Part shown: positions 25,690-39,116 of the stretch, piece after piece
Layout of the letters: each line of letters opens with the position of its first letter
Numbering within the stretch: the stretch's first letter is position 1
Assembly (NCBI RefSeq): GCF_036321535.1
Contig: NC_087436.1
Location: forward strand, 82,896,001 to 82,960,000
DNA from: Camelus dromedarius
Taxonomy: Eukaryota
Reading direction: 5' to 3'
DNA length: 64,000 nt
Notes under the pieces: generated by a model
Database searches by the model: none
What the model was told of the DNA's origin: nothing
The model's input: only the letters and a program-made list of their open reading frames with translations
Program-made: the position numbers and the translations under genes

Positions 25690-26065
25690 TCCCATTCACC
25701 ATGTTGTATCATCACTGTCCGTGTCCAGAACTTTTTCATCATTTCAAATAGAAACTCTAACCATTGAATAATAACTCCCCATGTCCCCTCCACTCCCTCC
25801 CACAACCTCTATTCTGCTTGTGTTTCTATGAATTTTCCTATTCTAGGTACTTCACGTTAGTGGAATCACACATTATTTGTCCTTTCATGTCTGGCTTATT
25901 TCACTTAGCATAATATTTCCAAGGTTTATCTGTGTTGTAGCGTGTAGCCGAACTTCATTCCTTTTGATAACTGAATAGTATTCCATTGTATGTATATACC
26001 ACATTTTGTTTATCCATTCATCAGTTGATGAACACTTGGGTTGTTTCTACCTTTTGGCTATTATG
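25690..26065 (-). mobile_element. Antisense LINE-1 3' UTR fragment
   Basis: ctggcttatttcacttagcataatat...tttatccattcatcagttgatgaacacttgggttgtttc. Confidence 0.85.
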
Positions 26066-26071
26066 ACTTTC

Positions 26072-26213
26072 GTTTTTTGTTTTGTTTTGTTTTTTTGAGG
26101 GGGGCAGGTAATTAGGTTTTTAAAAAAATTTTTTTTTAATGAAGGTACTAGGGATTGAACCTAAGACCTTGTGCATGCTAAGCACACAGTACCCCTGAGC
26201 TATACCCTCCGCC
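26072..26213 (-). mobile_element. tRNA-Ala-derived SINE
   Basis: Reverse complement of the same SINE; T-rich tail; tgactttc flanks both ends. Confidence 0.85.
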
Positions 26214-27859
26214 ATTGACTTTCCCTTTATTTTTAATCCAAACCTCACTCCATCATTTCTTCTTTTCCCTTTTTATTTGCACTACAATTTTGAACAAATG
26301 AGATTTTGTATTTTCATTGCTGTGGGGATTTTTTTGAGGGAGGGTTGCTGCTCTAGGGGGATATGATAAGGCTATGCTAGCAACAGAATTTGTGCAGTCA
26401 ACAAACACTTATTGAGCATCTCCCTTATGGTAGCTACTAGGGATACAGAGATGACTAATACAAGATCCCAACTCCCAAGGAGCTCAGAGTTGATTTGGGG
26501 AATCAGAGGTGTAGGAGGTGTAATTGCAATGCCAGGTCCCAGGTATGGAAGGGACTCAAAGGAGAGAGGGCCAGCTTTACCAGGGGAGATTAGAAGAAGT
26601 GAAGCTTGAGTTATATTTTGAAGGATGGAGTGGGGTGGGACTTGAGGAGGGAAAAATAGCAGGAGTAAGACCAAGCAAGCCTGTAGCTCACTGGCACTTT
26701 TTCCTGTAGACAGAATCGGTGAGGGCTTCAAGCATGGAGTTGTTCTGATCACATGTCAATCTGATGATTCTAGCAAGAATGTAGAGAATGGGGTGAGGTG
26801 AGGTGGGTAGAGCTGGTTGCTGGGAGAATAAGTTAGGAGAAGGCTGACCAAGAGGGGGAGGGTGACGAAGGCTGCAAAGAAGGCATGTAAGCTGGAGTGG
26901 AAGAAAGCTGGATTAAAGAGAAAAACCACCAACACTGTGGACCGACTCCATGGGAAGGTTACTAAAAGGGCCTGTTCTAGGATGAAACTCGTATTTCTGG
27001 CTTGGTACCATTAACTCAAACAGGCAAGTAGGTTTCCAGAGAAAGAAAGGAAAAGAATCTCAGTTTGGGGCACGTGAGTGTGAGTTGTCTGTGGAATACG
27101 CTCGTGGAACTGACCATTAGCTGTAGGACATACTTGTCTGCCGTCCCGGAGAGGGCTGCCTAAGACTTCGAGATTCAAGAGTCAATGTCGTATATGAGGT
27201 AGCAGCTGACTGTTCTATGGGAAATGGACCAATAGTAGGAGGAAGTCACTCCCCTTTCTGAGGGTGTCCCTGAAACTCAAATACTAGGAAGGATTGTATT
27301 CTTCTTCCTAAACAATGCCCACATGTGTCTGAGCACAACAGGATTCTTCTGTGAAATGAATGCAGTGAGAATTTGGTCAGCCTATTCACAATGACTTCAA
27401 AGCCTGTATGGATTTGGGTCTCTACGCCGTTCTGAAATCAGGACCAACTAGGCTTCAGAAGTAGGACATTTCTCAAATTTGGACCTGTTTCTGAAGCTAT
27501 AAATGGGCCTCTTCCAGCCACTCAGCATGCTGTATATATATATTATTTCAAACTCTCAGAGCAGCCCCACAAAGAAGCACTCTTACCCCATTTCCCAGTG
27601 GGGAAGCGGAGGCTTACGGCGTTGGTAAAGTCTCCCAGCTCCTAAGTGCCTGAGCCTTTATCTGAACACAGCTCTGACTCCAGATCCCCACGCTGCACTT
27701 TGTCATGATCAGTGAGTCAGAGGGGGTCAGTGTGTTTCCGGTGGGACAGGGTGAATATGAGGCAAAACTTCCACACTGAATCTTTTCTACTATGTAACCC
27801 AGATGTTGACAGATGAGATGATATGATTGCTGGGATTAGTTTCAAAATAACTGGGGAGG

Positions 27860-28028
27860 TATAACACAGGGAACTATTTTCAATATCTTGTAGTAACTTC
27901 TGGTGAAAAAGAATATGAAAACAAATACATATATGTTCATGTATGACTGAATCATTATGCTGCACACCAGAAATTGACACCTTGTAAACTGACTATACTT
28001 CAGTTAAAAAACATATACAAATGCAAAA
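27860..28028 (+). mobile_element. Short 5'-truncated young L1 3' end
   Basis: tatgctgcacaccagaaattgacacc...gactatacttca; TSD aa(c/t)tggggagg on both sides. Confidence 0.8.
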
Positions 28029-30457
28029 AATTGGGGAGGAATGGGTGAGGGTTTCAATAAATCAGTTGGTGTTGAGTTGATAATTGTCGAAGCTAGGTGA
28101 GCAATACATGGGAGTTCATTATATCATTCTCTCTTTCTGATATTTCTTATATATTGCAAAATAAAAAGGTTTTGGAAGCATTTGGATAAAATAGTTGCAA
28201 CATGGCATTTTTTCTAAGTCAGTTACTTATGTTTGAGACATCTTTGGTGTCTTGGGTTACCCATCTGAGGGTTCCCCTGTATTCATATGAATAACACTGT
28301 TGAGGTGATGTGGTCTGAATTTAGGCTCTGGCATTAGCTAAGCACCCTCTTATACAGGAAGGAAGTTGGATATTGTCTGGTGTCCCCCATATCACAGTCT
28401 CCTAACAGATGGACACGTCCTGTACTGGATGTGAGTGCCTGGAGTGCTGGGAAGGGACCCCCTCCTCAGCTGAGACAGTTGAGAGAAAAGATAACAGTTC
28501 CTTTTGAAGAAAGCTGTCATTTTGGACATGAACTCTGCCCTTAAGCATTCTTATTCTATCATCCCTGCTAAATGTGGGAAGGAGTTGGGTATAGAATAGG
28601 TATTTCTTCCATTTGTGGATGCAGCTGTTTCTCACCCATCAGAATGTGAAGGGGTCCCTGTGTCCTCCATCCACGTCTAGTGAAGAAACTGGATGACATT
28701 TTTAAAGCAATAAATGTTTGAGGAGGTAGCTAGAGCAATTTAGAAAAAGTAAATGTATAGAAGTATATAAAATATGAATAAGAGGACTTGTTTCTTTTTA
28801 TTTGAAATGTTTCATTCAAGGGCTAGCGTTAAATTGCCATAGACCGTCGCAAATTTAGCTTGAATAAAATTTGACACGAGTTTGCTTTTTCTATTTATAG
28901 GGCAAGCAAATAATATTTATAAATATTAAGAACCATGATTATTCCTTAGTGCATAATTGTTTATAAACCATGAGAAAGAGTGAAATCACTGACCAAGTGA
29001 GGCAAGGCAGTAGTCCCTCCTGATGGTAGAAAGATGAGCAATTTCCACTTCTGTGTATATTTTAGGCCTGGCCTCCAAAAGAAAGATACCCAGAGAAATG
29101 GTGTGGTTGTGTCCAGGGCTACTGAGCCTAATATTTGGCTGCCTCTCTGTTATTCTGAGTTGTAATTTTCCATGTCATCTAAATTTGTAATAATTCTTTA
29201 ATATGATAGAGTTTCAGCGAACAAACATTCTGCTTGCTGCATTTCTTCGGAGTGAGTAATTCCCTGACAACTACCAGATCTTGGCAGGAGCAAACCTGGT
29301 CATAAGTTAAGCTCCACTTTCAGCGTGGAGAAGCCTAGGATGCGTAACACAGTGTCTTTGAGTGCGGATGCTGGGGAGAAAAAAGAAAACGAAACGAAAT
29401 ACCCCAATTTAGGAGAACTAATGTATTATTATAAGACTCAGAAAGTACGTAAACACTGGTGATGAAGTCATTTCTTCCAAGGGAAAGACCATGTACCATT
29501 TTCCCCCTGTTCTCTGTGTGGCTTGATTGTGGCCTAAGTGAAGTTTCCGTGATCGAAGAGGTTAAAGTCTGAGGCAGTTTGCCATTAACAGCCGACCGAC
29601 CCAATCTCACTGAAAGGATTGAGAGGTTTGTCTTTTTTGGAAAACGTTAAGGCTCTTCCAAGTAACCAGCAATGCGACTTGACCACACCGTCACTGGTGG
29701 GGGTTTGGACGGCCACCGTGTCTGTCTGCCGGCCGCGTCCAAAACTGCGGGAACTCTGTCCGGCCAGCTCACCGAGGGTTATGTCATCTTCGCTCAGCCA
29801 GCCCAGCACTTTTTCCATCTGCAAAAATACGGAACACGGTTGCTGATTTTACTCTTTCCCCAAAGAGAGAGAGAAGTTGGCTGAGTTGTTGCTTTTAATT
29901 TAAAAGACACATGTTAATTGGCACTTTAAAAATCTCTTTAGTGTAGTCAGGCAGCATTGAATTTCTTAAAGGGCAAAAATGGGTACAGAGTAGATTTTAC
30001 ACTCGTGTGTTAGAAGCTTGATAGATGTTTCCATAATGAAATGGTGCTCCAACCAGGACTTCTTTTCATCAAGGGTGACCTAAAAGGTATCATTTGCGAT
30101 GTAGTTACATCATGTACCAACAAGGATAATTGATTTAGTAATAACGGTAATTCCTCCCACATAGGGAAGAGCACAAGTACTTAACCTGCTCCTGTGGGCT
30201 GCCCAGGTTTCCTCTCCTCTTTCTACATTTTTACTAAGGTATTTTCTAATGAGATTGGGAGTTTACACAAAGATCAGATCGTTGCCTTGAGACAAGAGAG
30301 GCTCATGTATTCCCAAATTAAAAATATTCCTGCTAAAACAATTTCTCAGTTGCATTCAGAGCTTGCTAAGAACAAACAAACAAACCAACAAACAAACAGG
30401 AGAATTTCCCTTAAAGATATACTATTTTTAAATGTATTTTCTCTTTGCCATTCATGA

Positions 30458-30619
<162 letters not shown>

Positions 30620-32770
30620 TAGAACGTCTCCCTCCACTAGAGGAAAAGTTTTGAAAATTTCTCGCTTGTCTAAATCATGATTCAAAGGAATTGTAGATGT
30701 ACCAGGAGGGGTAATTCAGAAGTTCTCTTCTCTGATATCAATTCTAATTTAGAACTTGGTAAAGCTCTCTTCTCTCGTCTGGTGAACACTGACCAAAATT
30801 CAGCATTGTCTGATTGGCCAGTTCGTTGTTGGCTGTGACCATCTGCCCTGTGAGGAGCATGGGGCAACCTGCCAGACCCCAAGAAACCAAGTGAAAGGGT
30901 TTTGTATGAGGTTTCTTAACAATACTTACACGGTCACAGTTATCACATCAGTTGATGTAAAGTCTGCACAAGAAGTATTTCCAGTAAAATGGCTTCCAAA
31001 GTTAACTCTTAGAAAATACAGCTAATGGCACCTGACACTGCTTTTATGGCTGTATATATTGAAAAGCCCCCTCTTTTTGAATTTGGATGTGTTGTGCGAT
31101 GCCTTCATTCTAATTCATCATTTCTTCCAAATCTTCAATAACTTTGGATTTTCGCTGTACAGGAAACTTAACTACAGAGTCATCTCTTTCTTTTTTCTTT
31201 CTTCTTTCACTACGTCCCTGTGTCCTCTGGGAGGGGGGGAAGCCTTAGACAGAAACAAATCTTAGAAACCATTTGCCTCAAAGTCCAGAAAGTCATAGGC
31301 AATGCGTTTTTCCCTCGAATCAAAGGGTGTTAGATGATGGAGTTCTGTTGTGTCCAAAGCCCCTTAAGAGAGCAGACAGGAAGCAGATTTATGGCCACCA
31401 GGACCCCTAACATATTCCTCGGGGAAAGGAGTTTGTTGTTAACAGCCTTCACTTAGAAACGCTTGCAAATTAGCACCAACCTTGGGAAGAGTCCCTTCTT
31501 TGAAAATGGAGGGCATCATGATTTAACCAATACTTTAATAATGCCATTCTTATTATGTTAAAATTGACCACCATGAATTTAATTGACTTAAGTGCTAAAT
31601 GCTTCCTTTTAAAAAATGGTTTTTTATTTACTAGATTTATAAAAAGAACAAAGAGATGTGAAAGATGAAGGAAACATTTAAGTTTTGGTATTTATAATTT
31701 TAAGAAATTGAATATTGATGTATTTAATATCCCCACACTGACTTTTACTAATACAAGTAAGCTCTTAGTGAACTTTAACCGGGCATGACTTCTTTTCACA
31801 TTTTCTGAGACTTTGCCTAACCAAGTGGGAACTTTAAAAAAAAAAAAAGTTACTTAAGCTAAAAAGTATATATATGTGAGCAACATCCATTTTCTTATTT
31901 TTTCCCCTAATTTCCTGTTATTTGTTTAGAAAGGAATCTCATTACTTTAAAAAACATGTTATCTAAGAAATACTGAAAAGCTGGAAATGATCTATTCAGT
32001 ATGTTAAAAGTTATAAAGAAAGAGATGTGACGTTTTTAACTTTTATGTTCTAAGATGTTAGAGCTTACAATAAATACTGAAGTCAGGTTTGCTCCCAGAA
32101 TAGAAGTGGTGCTTAAATATTAAACTGCAGTGGCCTGAAATATTAACAGGCAGATTAGAATCATTATTAAGTTTTTTTAAGCATGACACATACATTCATA
32201 CATACATTTTATGCAAAATATAAGTACTCCTATAAGAAGTCTAGAATTCCAGTGTTCTCGAAAGCTGCCTGAACCAGAATCACAAAGAGAATTTTTTTTT
32301 TATAATCGCAGTTTGCCCAGATCTACTAAATCAAAGGCTTCCAGACGTGACCAGAGAAGTGAGTTTTCAGGTGCACTGACAAGGTTTGGGAACTAAGCCA
32401 GATAAATAAACTGAATAGCTAGAATTTTAGGAAACAAGCTTAAGTGATATAACTAATTCATGTTTTCTTATTTATTTTAGAATTTTTATGCTCTTTGTTC
32501 TTTTTCACACATCATGTTTTTTTTCTAACATCAGCTACACTTTGTGCATAGGCCAAGTTTTATTTTCAGAATGTTGTAAAATCTCTGAGGAAGAATCTTG
32601 GTAGTGATTGATCAAACCTCCACTTTATGCTAAAATCTCCCCTTCAGCATTCTTCCCAAATAGTCAGTCATCCTGCCTCTGCTTGAGCAGGAGTTCCAGA
32701 TTAAGGGACTGACTCTTTTGAAATAGTTCATTTTACTTTTCTATGGCTGTGTTAGAAAGTTCTTCCTTGA

Positions 32771-32881
32771 GGGGAGGGTATACCTCAGTGGTAGAGTATG
32801 TGCTTAACATGCACGAGGTCCTGGGTTCAATCCCCAGTACCTTCACTAAAAAATAAATAAATAAATAAATACATACATACA

Positions 32882-32912
<31 letters not shown>

Positions 32913-33038
32913 GTATAAATGAATCACTATGCTGTACACCAGAAATTAATGCAACATTGTACATTGATTATATGTCAATAAATAAATAAACCTGATTACC
33001 CACTCAAAAAAGAATTTTTAAAAATTGAAAAAAAAAAA
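32771..33038 (+). mobile_element. tRNA-Ala-derived SINE with an internal (TACA)n tract and a nested L1 3'-end fragment
   Basis: SINE head at 32771-32845; flanking agaaagttctt repeat; the SINE 3' piece cctgattacc resumes at 32991. Confidence 0.85.
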
Positions 33039-34089
33039 AGAAAGTTCTTATATGAAGCCAAAGTCTGCCCTCATCTACCTTCCCCTCTTGGTTCGACTCT
33101 CCAAGCCCACCTAATACCAAGTACTTTTTCCATGTCTCTCCTCCACTTTCGCCCATCAGAAGCTTAGTGACAGACATTCAGTCTCCCCTACGTCTTCTCT
33201 AGGTTAAACCTTTCCATTTCCCTTAACTGTTGCTTGTGTGATGGGAGACACATGAGTAACCCACATGATTGAAACTACAGGTTCTGTTTATCAGAGGTCC
33301 TCTGAAAGCCCAGTAGGAGCCTTGCCTTAACAGAGGGGCGAAGTGGGGCCATGAACGTCCTCATTCAGATCCTGCACTGAGGTCCATGCATCCTGCCATC
33401 GCCTGGCTCTTCATGTACATGATTCCTGAGTCTCTTTCACCAAAATCTATAAGCCACCGTGTCCCCCAGCTAGTCTTTGAGTACTTTTTCCTGGAACACA
33501 GAGGAGACCTTCCCTTTCAGCTCTGTTAAATTTCAACTCATGAGGATCTGCTCATCATTCCGGTCTGTTGAAACCACCTTGCATCTAGATTCATCCATCT
33601 CATATATCAGCTTTCCTTCCCAGCTTTATAGCATCAGCAGAGTTGATATCATCCAAGTCCTTATCCTGGTAAATTAATAAATCAGAAAAGTTTGGTCCAA
33701 CATCAGCCCATTAGTCAAAGCTCTTTGGGTGGAGTGCACTGAATTATATTATCATCTAGCTCAGACTGTTCATGAAATAGGATAAGAAAGATTTTTGCAA
33801 GTGCCTGTCTGAATAACTCCACTGTTCCTCTGATGTAGCAGCTAATCTATCAGCTGTTGACCAAATTAAAAAGGAAGTGAAGATAAGCAAGCATGATTTA
33901 CTCCTAGCAAAGCCTTACTGGCTCCTAGTGATTGAGTCCTTTCCCTATTGTTCAAAACCATCTTTTTAACTACCAGTTTTAAATCTTACCAGCAATATCA
34001 GTATCAAATGACTGATAATATCAAACTTATAACTGTAGGTAAGTGAGATAACTGTGCCTTGCATGTTGGAAACTCTTTATATGAAGTAG

Positions 34090-34330
34090 ATGGGGTTCTG
34101 GAAGGCAGCCTGACATGATAGGAAAAGTACAGTTTTTTTTTAGCCTCACAGAGATCTGGGTTCAAATCCCAGCTCCACCACTTACACACTAGGTAAGCTT
34201 GAGTGACTTATTTAACCTTTCTGACCCTTTGTTTTCTCATCTGTAGAATACTTATTTTGAAAGATTCTGTGGAGATTAGGAATAATATGTGAAAAGATCC
34301 TAGGATGTTCTCTGTCATATAATAGTAATA
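34090..34330 (+). mobile_element. MIR SINE
   Basis: ctgggttcaaatcccagctccaccactta...tttaacctttctga...ttttctcatctgta. Confidence 0.8.
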
Positions 34331-37300
34331 AGAGCAAAATTTGTCCCGAAGATTGTTGACAGTGGCTGAATTCTTTCATCAGTAGGTTCTAAGACCTGTA
34401 GGTCCAATTATTTGGACAGTCATTTGGAGCAGCTGTGTGCCCATCAGGAGCTTATTTCCCATCTTGTCAGTGTTGGTGCTCATCCCTCTGTCTTCAGAAT
34501 CAGTCTGCTTAACCATGAGGACAGGAATGCCATGGAAACTAAATAATCCCGCTTTCCTGGTGATTAGCATTTATTCTTACTTGAAACTTAAGGTTGCTAT
34601 GAATTTATCATCAAAGTACTTATATATGAGTTACTGTTATAAATAGTAATGATATTTCTTTGTGTGAATTAGATGCTGAAGTTAAGGAAAGGAATAAATA
34701 GTACTATAGAAGGTCTTTGAAAAAGGCCAAGGAAAGTCTTTGGTGAGTCTATGATAAAAATACAGTTGCAACTTCTTGTTTCCTACTCTCTCTATTAATT
34801 TTATGCAGTTGTTCAAATCTCCTATATTTAAACATAATAATAGAAATCACACAAAAAAAGTTGAGTCAACATCATAGAAGTGTTATATTTCTATATGTCA
34901 AAGAAATGGACAAAATTAAAAGGCAGAAGACACCTGTAAAGAATAGTTATAAGAAATATAACAAAGGATTAAGATTTTAACACATCTATAACCCACAAGT
35001 CACTGAGTAAAACGCTAAGACTTTAGTAAATATTTTACAGGGTAGAAAATATAACGTATTTCGCACAGTAGAAAATATTATCGATTAGTGTAGGAAAGTC
35101 TTTAACCTCAAACTCACTGGTATCCAAAGAAATAATGAAAGTAGAGAAATAAACAACATAATCGTAATACAGCATGATATGTCCTAGGACAGGAAGAGCC
35201 TTTTTAAGAAGAAGTCTATGAATCTCCATTTTTTTTATTTCTGGAAAAAGGAGACTGCCTGGTATTCTAAAAAGGAAACATGGATAGTATCAAATCAACA
35301 CATTATATACCTTAAACTTACACCATGTTGTATGTCAATTATCTGTCAATTAAAAAAGAAACGAGTATTTTATTTTACTTGTAAAAATCTCTCAAGGATG
35401 ATAGCATAGAGATAGTTTTCTTAATTTGTAAGAGAATCCTTGCAGATTAATTGTTGATAACCAGGTCAGTGAAGTCGAAGTGAGTAGGTTAATCATCACA
35501 CTAGAGGAAGCTGAATCAGTTTCTGGCGACAAACGTTCCATCTTCCCACATAGCTTCCCACACCCAACACGTGCAGTCTTCAGTTCGCAGGCTGCAGTCC
35601 GTGGGAAGTAACTACTGAAGACCGACGACGGCTGGAAAGCACTTTGTCCTCTTTGATGAACTGAACAAAAGCTACAGTAACAAGAAATGTGTGTTCATAG
35701 ATAAATACTACTTTTAACGTGGCCTTTCCTCCAAGTGATAGCTTTCTTTTCTTTATTTCTTTGTGGTAACTTAGTAAATATTGCATCTCCTTTTCTCTTG
35801 TTTTAAGAAAAAAAGAAATACTACTTCATAGAGGTGTTCACAAAAGCAGTTACGTTGACAGCCTCTTTCCCTCAGAGATTTCTGTCACAACTTGTCACTT
35901 ACAGTTTCCTTTGAATTTTAACCCAAACTGGATTAAAATACTTGGGGGTTTTAATAACTTTAATTCATCTCTTCAGTTTATTCTGCAGTCCCCTTTGCCT
36001 CCTAGAAAGCCCTCACCAAGGTCACTAGAGACCTCTTAATTGCCAAATTTCATGGACTCTTTTCAGCCTTTCTCTGGCATTTGGTCCCAATGCATTCGGC
36101 TTTCTAGAAACTTCCCTCTTTGGTGTCTGTGACTCCCTTTCTTCCTGTGTTCTTCCTTGCTCTGTTCATTTCTTAATTTTTTTCTTTCTGAAACGTGTTT
36201 GAACAATATTCTCTGTGGCTGGGTGACTGGCCTTCCCTGTAAGTGACCTTTCCCACAGCTTCAGCTGCTCCTGTGCACTGGGGACTCGCGAGGCCCCCTA
36301 GACCTCTCTCGTGAGCTGCACCCCTCATGCCAGCTTTCACTGGACATCCCCACCGGTGCATCTCACAGGCATGGGCATCTCAGCCTTAACATCCTTCAGC
36401 CTCAGCTCATCATCCCGCCCGTCCAGAATGCTTTGCTCATGTTCTCTGTCTGGGCAATGTCAGCATCACCCCTGTGAACCGCTCACCCCAAACCTGGGCG
36501 TCGTCCTCAGTGCCTTCCCTCGCTCTTCTCATGGGATCGTTCCGTCTGATTCTTCCTCTGTAGCGCCTCTCACATCCGTCTTCTTCATGTGTGGCTGTTG
36601 TCGCTATTTCTAACCTTTATCATTTCTATTTTGGATTATTCCTTTATTGATTCAAATGACTGTTCAGGAACTTAATTAAAACATATATAGGCCCTGCCCT
36701 TAGACATGGTAAGTGATAAGAAAGAAGACAGTTGGGAAGGAGGGAGCCCTACGGGGAGGGTCTCTCTGAGGCCTGCCGCAAGAGTGGGAGCCGGTCAGAT
36801 GAAGAGGGAACTGCACGAGTGAAGGTTCTGAGGCAGGAAAGAGCTCGGAACCTTCCGGAAGCTGAGTGCAGATGGTGCCTGGAGAGAGAGCCATCAGATG
36901 AGGATGGAAAGGTGGTCAGGGCCCAGACCCTGCAGGTCTGGTAGGCTTTGGTGAGGGGAAGCCAGGGTTTTAAGTAGGGTGGGTGGGGGAGGTGATGAGA
37001 TGTATTTAAATATTAAGAATTTGGCTCTGAATACCATTGGGATCCAGTGTCTGGACTGTAGGACCCCCAGGCACTGGCTCCAGACTGCTGTCTCTGAAAC
37101 CAGATTAAACCAGTCAAGGTACGAGCAGGGCCAGCTCCCTCTGAAGCCTGGAGGGGATCCTTCCCTGCCTCTCCGGGCTCTGGTATCCTTGGTATCCTTG
37201 GCGTGTACTGCCTCAGGCCTCCACTTCCACAGGGCGTTCCCGTGTCCCTCTCTTCACGTGGCCACCTCTTTATTTTTTATTTATTTATTTTTTCACCAGT

Positions 37301-39102
37301 GGTCCCTGTTTTTTTTAACACCTTTATTGTGGTACGGTTCCTGTACAGTAGGCTGCACATATTTCAGATGAACACTGATGAATTCCGATAGACATCTACA
37401 CCGGTGAAACCACTACTGCAGTCAAGATAGCTAACATTTCCATCACTCCCCAGGAGGCGCAATTGTCCAGTCCCCAGTGTACCCCTTCCTGCTCCCTTTA
37501 ACGCCTGATAATTCACATGGCCATCTCTATAAGGACACCTGCCTGGCTGATTCTTAACTTTAGGGACTTGTGTTGTCTTTGTGGCCTTGAATATTACTAA
37601 TTCTTAAATATTCCAGGGATATTTGAAAAAGAGTATGAGTGATCTCTGTTGGTGCAGTATTAAGTTTGATGTTTATACATTGTTACATATTCTATTAAAA
37701 CCCTTAACATCCCTAGATCATTTTTGTCTCCTTTCTCTGATAAAGATTGAGAAATATACATTTAAGTTTCCAACTACAATTGTGGTTTTGGTAAGTCTCC
37801 TTATATTACTAGAAGTCATTGCTTTATATATCTTAATACTGTTATTCAATACATAGTAGTCTACTCTAGGTAAATCATTGTGTAAAGTATCATTTCTCAA
37901 CATAAGATAACCTTTTTCTTTAACTCAGTACTCACTGTATAATCACCTTTGTCAGAGGATTATACCACCACTCAACACCTCTTAAAGAATATTTTATCCT
38001 GAATGTATGTCTAATATGTATTTTCTCATTCCTTTATTTTTAGCTTCATTTTGAATGGGTCTCATAAAAACTCTAAAGATGCATTTTTAATTTTTTAACC
38101 AATATTTAAGACTTTGCCATATAGTGAGTTTAAACTCTTCACAGTTCATGCCTTTGTCAAATTTCTGCCATCTTATTTTTTCCTCTCTTTTTATGCTTTC
38201 CCATTACTTTTCATTTTCCTTTTTCTTTTTGTTATATTGGACATCTCTCCTTTGCTTTTAGTTTCTAGTACTTAAGCCTATAGTTTTTCAACTACATTAA
38301 TAATAAAATGGTGTCCATAGTTTATTTTGAAATGAGACCATGTTTATAAGACGGCTTTGGTTAGTTTACATGCTGATTAGTTGGCGATGCTGTGATTTTT
38401 TTTTCTTCTGGCTTATTTTATGGAAAACTGAATTTAGGAGTTAAGACAAGGACTAAATAGCAGAAAAAAATATATGCACATAGGATATACGTGTGTCCTT
38501 TACCTTATATTTTTAAAAAATATTTCCTCTCCTTCCTGATTGTCATTTGTTTCATGCTGTAGCTTTTTTTCTTTACAATTAAGTTCATTTAAAGGGTGAA
38601 TATTACCTTTCAAATGGGGTTTTCCCATTAAGGACTGAAAGGAGAACTCATGTAACAGTCTTATATTTCTATTGCATTTAACAGTATGCAAAATACGTGT
38701 TTACATACATTTCTCCAGGTGAACTACACAAAAGTCTGAAATGTTATTATCTCCATTTTCTACATAATGAAACTCAAGGTCAAAAAAGTTAAATAGTTGT
38801 CCAAGATCCCAAGACACCGAGACCCACAATTATGAACACAGAGGCTGACTTAAGGATGAAGCAAAGCTGAAACTCAAACCCAAATCGTTCTGACTCCAAA
38901 TCCCAGGGGTCCTTTAGCTACAGCCTAGATGGACTCATGGTGCAGCTGACTCCTGGAGCGTGTGGAGCTGTTATTTGAAGATGTCCCATGGACCAGCCCA
39001 CTGCCTGGCACAAGGGAGGGACTGAGTTAATGTTTGCTGATTGAATGAATGTGTTAGAATCCACATCCCTTCAATGCTAGATGGCATTGCTTCTCTGGAT
39101 GT

Positions 39103-39116
39103 CCAGCAGGTGGCGC
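39103..39116 (+). promoter_or_regulatory. CTCF core motif in PKD2 intron 2
   Basis: CCAGCAGGTGGCGC matches the CCASYAGRKGGCRS consensus. Confidence 0.65.
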
